A stretch of DNA of 64,000 nucleotides from Squalus acanthias (lineage: Eukaryota): NCBI GenBank assembly GCA_030390025.1, contig CM059432.1:43030001-43094000 (forward strand), written 5' to 3'. Position numbers and translations under genes: made by a program. Under the pieces are notes generated by a model that saw nothing but the letters and a program-made list of their open reading frames with translations, had not been told where the DNA came from and ran no database searches. The number at the start of each line of letters is the position of its first letter. Position 1 is the stretch's first letter. This document shows positions 62,628 through 64,000 of the stretch, in pieces.

Positions 62628-64000
62628 GGGCTGGATTTTGATACTGGGGCGGGCTAGGGTCGTGTAATCTGCATTTCGTGTTCGCCATCCGTTTCTAAAT
62701 CGATGTGGGAGAATGATGCCATTTTAACCTAATTGGCCAATTGAGTTCCAACGTGTGGGAACCCATGGCCAGTGAGTTTTTCCAGTCTGAAAGTCGCCTC
62801 CGATGACGTCATCATTGCTGCTGCATTTAAGGTCTGCAACAAGCCTTGCTTCTTCTGCAGACTGCCAAGCTTTTGCCCTTGCATGTTAGAGGCACCTGCA
62901 GGAAGAATGGCCAGCCAGAGACCTAGGTCTGCACCCCGCTTTGATGATGTTGCCCTGCAGGCTTTAGTAGAGGGAGCAAGAGCAAACAGAGAGGTGCTCT
63001 TCCCTTCTTCAGGTAGGAAGAAGCCTCCCCAGCAAACCAAGGCTGTGTGGATCCAGGTGGCAGAGGAGGTCAACTCTTTGTCAATAACCTGCAGAACCTG
63101 GCTTCAGTGGAGGAAGAGGCTTCATGACCTTCTGCGCACTGGAAAAGTGAATATGAATTTCCCATCACCCTCAATCTGATCCCATTGCCTCTCCTCACCA
63201 GCACTCAGCTTTAGCAATCTCTTCCTCCACATCCCACTTGACACTGACATCAATGCACCCTTTCCCATTCCCTCTCTCTCTATGGTCACATTCACCTAAC
63301 TATTCGACTATGCAGCCCTCACACTCCCTATCACTGTGATGCAATTACAACTTACAACACACAGGGAGGGCCCTTGGTCTTGCCACCTCACTCCATCTTT
63401 GTCTCCTTCTAAGCATCTATGCTATGGATTCTCTACACTCACTCCTTCATTCTCACTCAAACTCCACTTGTCTCCCTCATTGCAGGAAAAGACAGCTCAC
63501 AATAAGAGGGAAAGAGCGAGGACAGGAGGAGGGCCACCCTCAGTAGCCCAGCTCACCACCTGGGAGGAGGCAGTCCTGGAGATGGTGGGAGTGGAGGAAG
63601 ATTCCCAAGTGGGGGACGGACAGACAGGCACATCACAGCAAGCTGGTGACAGAATAGTTTTCCATCTCTCTCAATGACATTGCATGAGTCGCTGATAATG
63701 ATGCTGAAGCTCTAACAGATGGACTTATGATCATCTGCAATATGCAATGTGCATGTAACCTTGGCCTCACATCTCTGACTCTTTCCTTTACTCCCCCCCA
63801 GGACAATCGCAAGCACTCATCCCCACTATCCAGGAGGAAGAGCATGAGCCTCAAGACTCCTCAGAGGAAGCTGCAACCTCTGAGGGCGCAGCATCAGCAG
63901 GAATCAGCGCACCCAGCACCAGCGCAGAGACTCACACCTCGGAGGGAACATCGCGAGATAGAGTAGTGTTGTCACCTGGTGTATCACAGCTCACAAGTGA
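62628..64000 (-). mobile_element. Harbinger (fourth family), truncated by the window end
   Basis: Terminus GGGCTGGATTTTG, identical to 8777, followed by a Myb-like gene. Confidence 0.88.
62907..64000 (+). CDS. Myb/SANT-like ORF2, open as far as visible (exons 62907-63146, 63486-63645, 63802 to >64000)
   Basis: MASQRPRSAPRFDDVALQALV...VWIQVAEEV...LRTGK then GTGAAT; TTGCAG then EKTAHNKRERARTGGG; CCCCAG then an open exon 3. Confidence 0.82.

Overview
Eukaryotic (vertebrate) DNA, almost certainly from a cartilaginous fish such as a shark. This is inferred from the repeat content: CR1 LINEs with TATGATTC/TTCTTATG tails, DeuSINE-like, LF-SINE-like and Penelope-like fragments. About two thirds of the window is transposable elements, many nested up to five levels deep. 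The dominant system is a cluster of PIF/Harbinger DNA transposons: eight large or partial copies plus several MITE-like derivatives, with short G-rich TIRs and 3-bp TSDs. The complete copies carry a single-exon DDE transposase facing a convergent three-exon Myb/SANT-like gene. The copy at 2172-6339 is nearly intact, with one TAG in each gene. Four related copies carry a 17-bp palindrome exactly 57 bp from the terminus. Other notable items are an internally deleted Jockey/CR1-group LINE joined to a tRNA-like Pol III head inside one TSD pair (20254-21921), a 1.1-kb solo LTR inside a CR1, and one candidate host exon on the minus strand (44855-44968). No host gene could be named. Family assignments come from motif recognition, not database searches.
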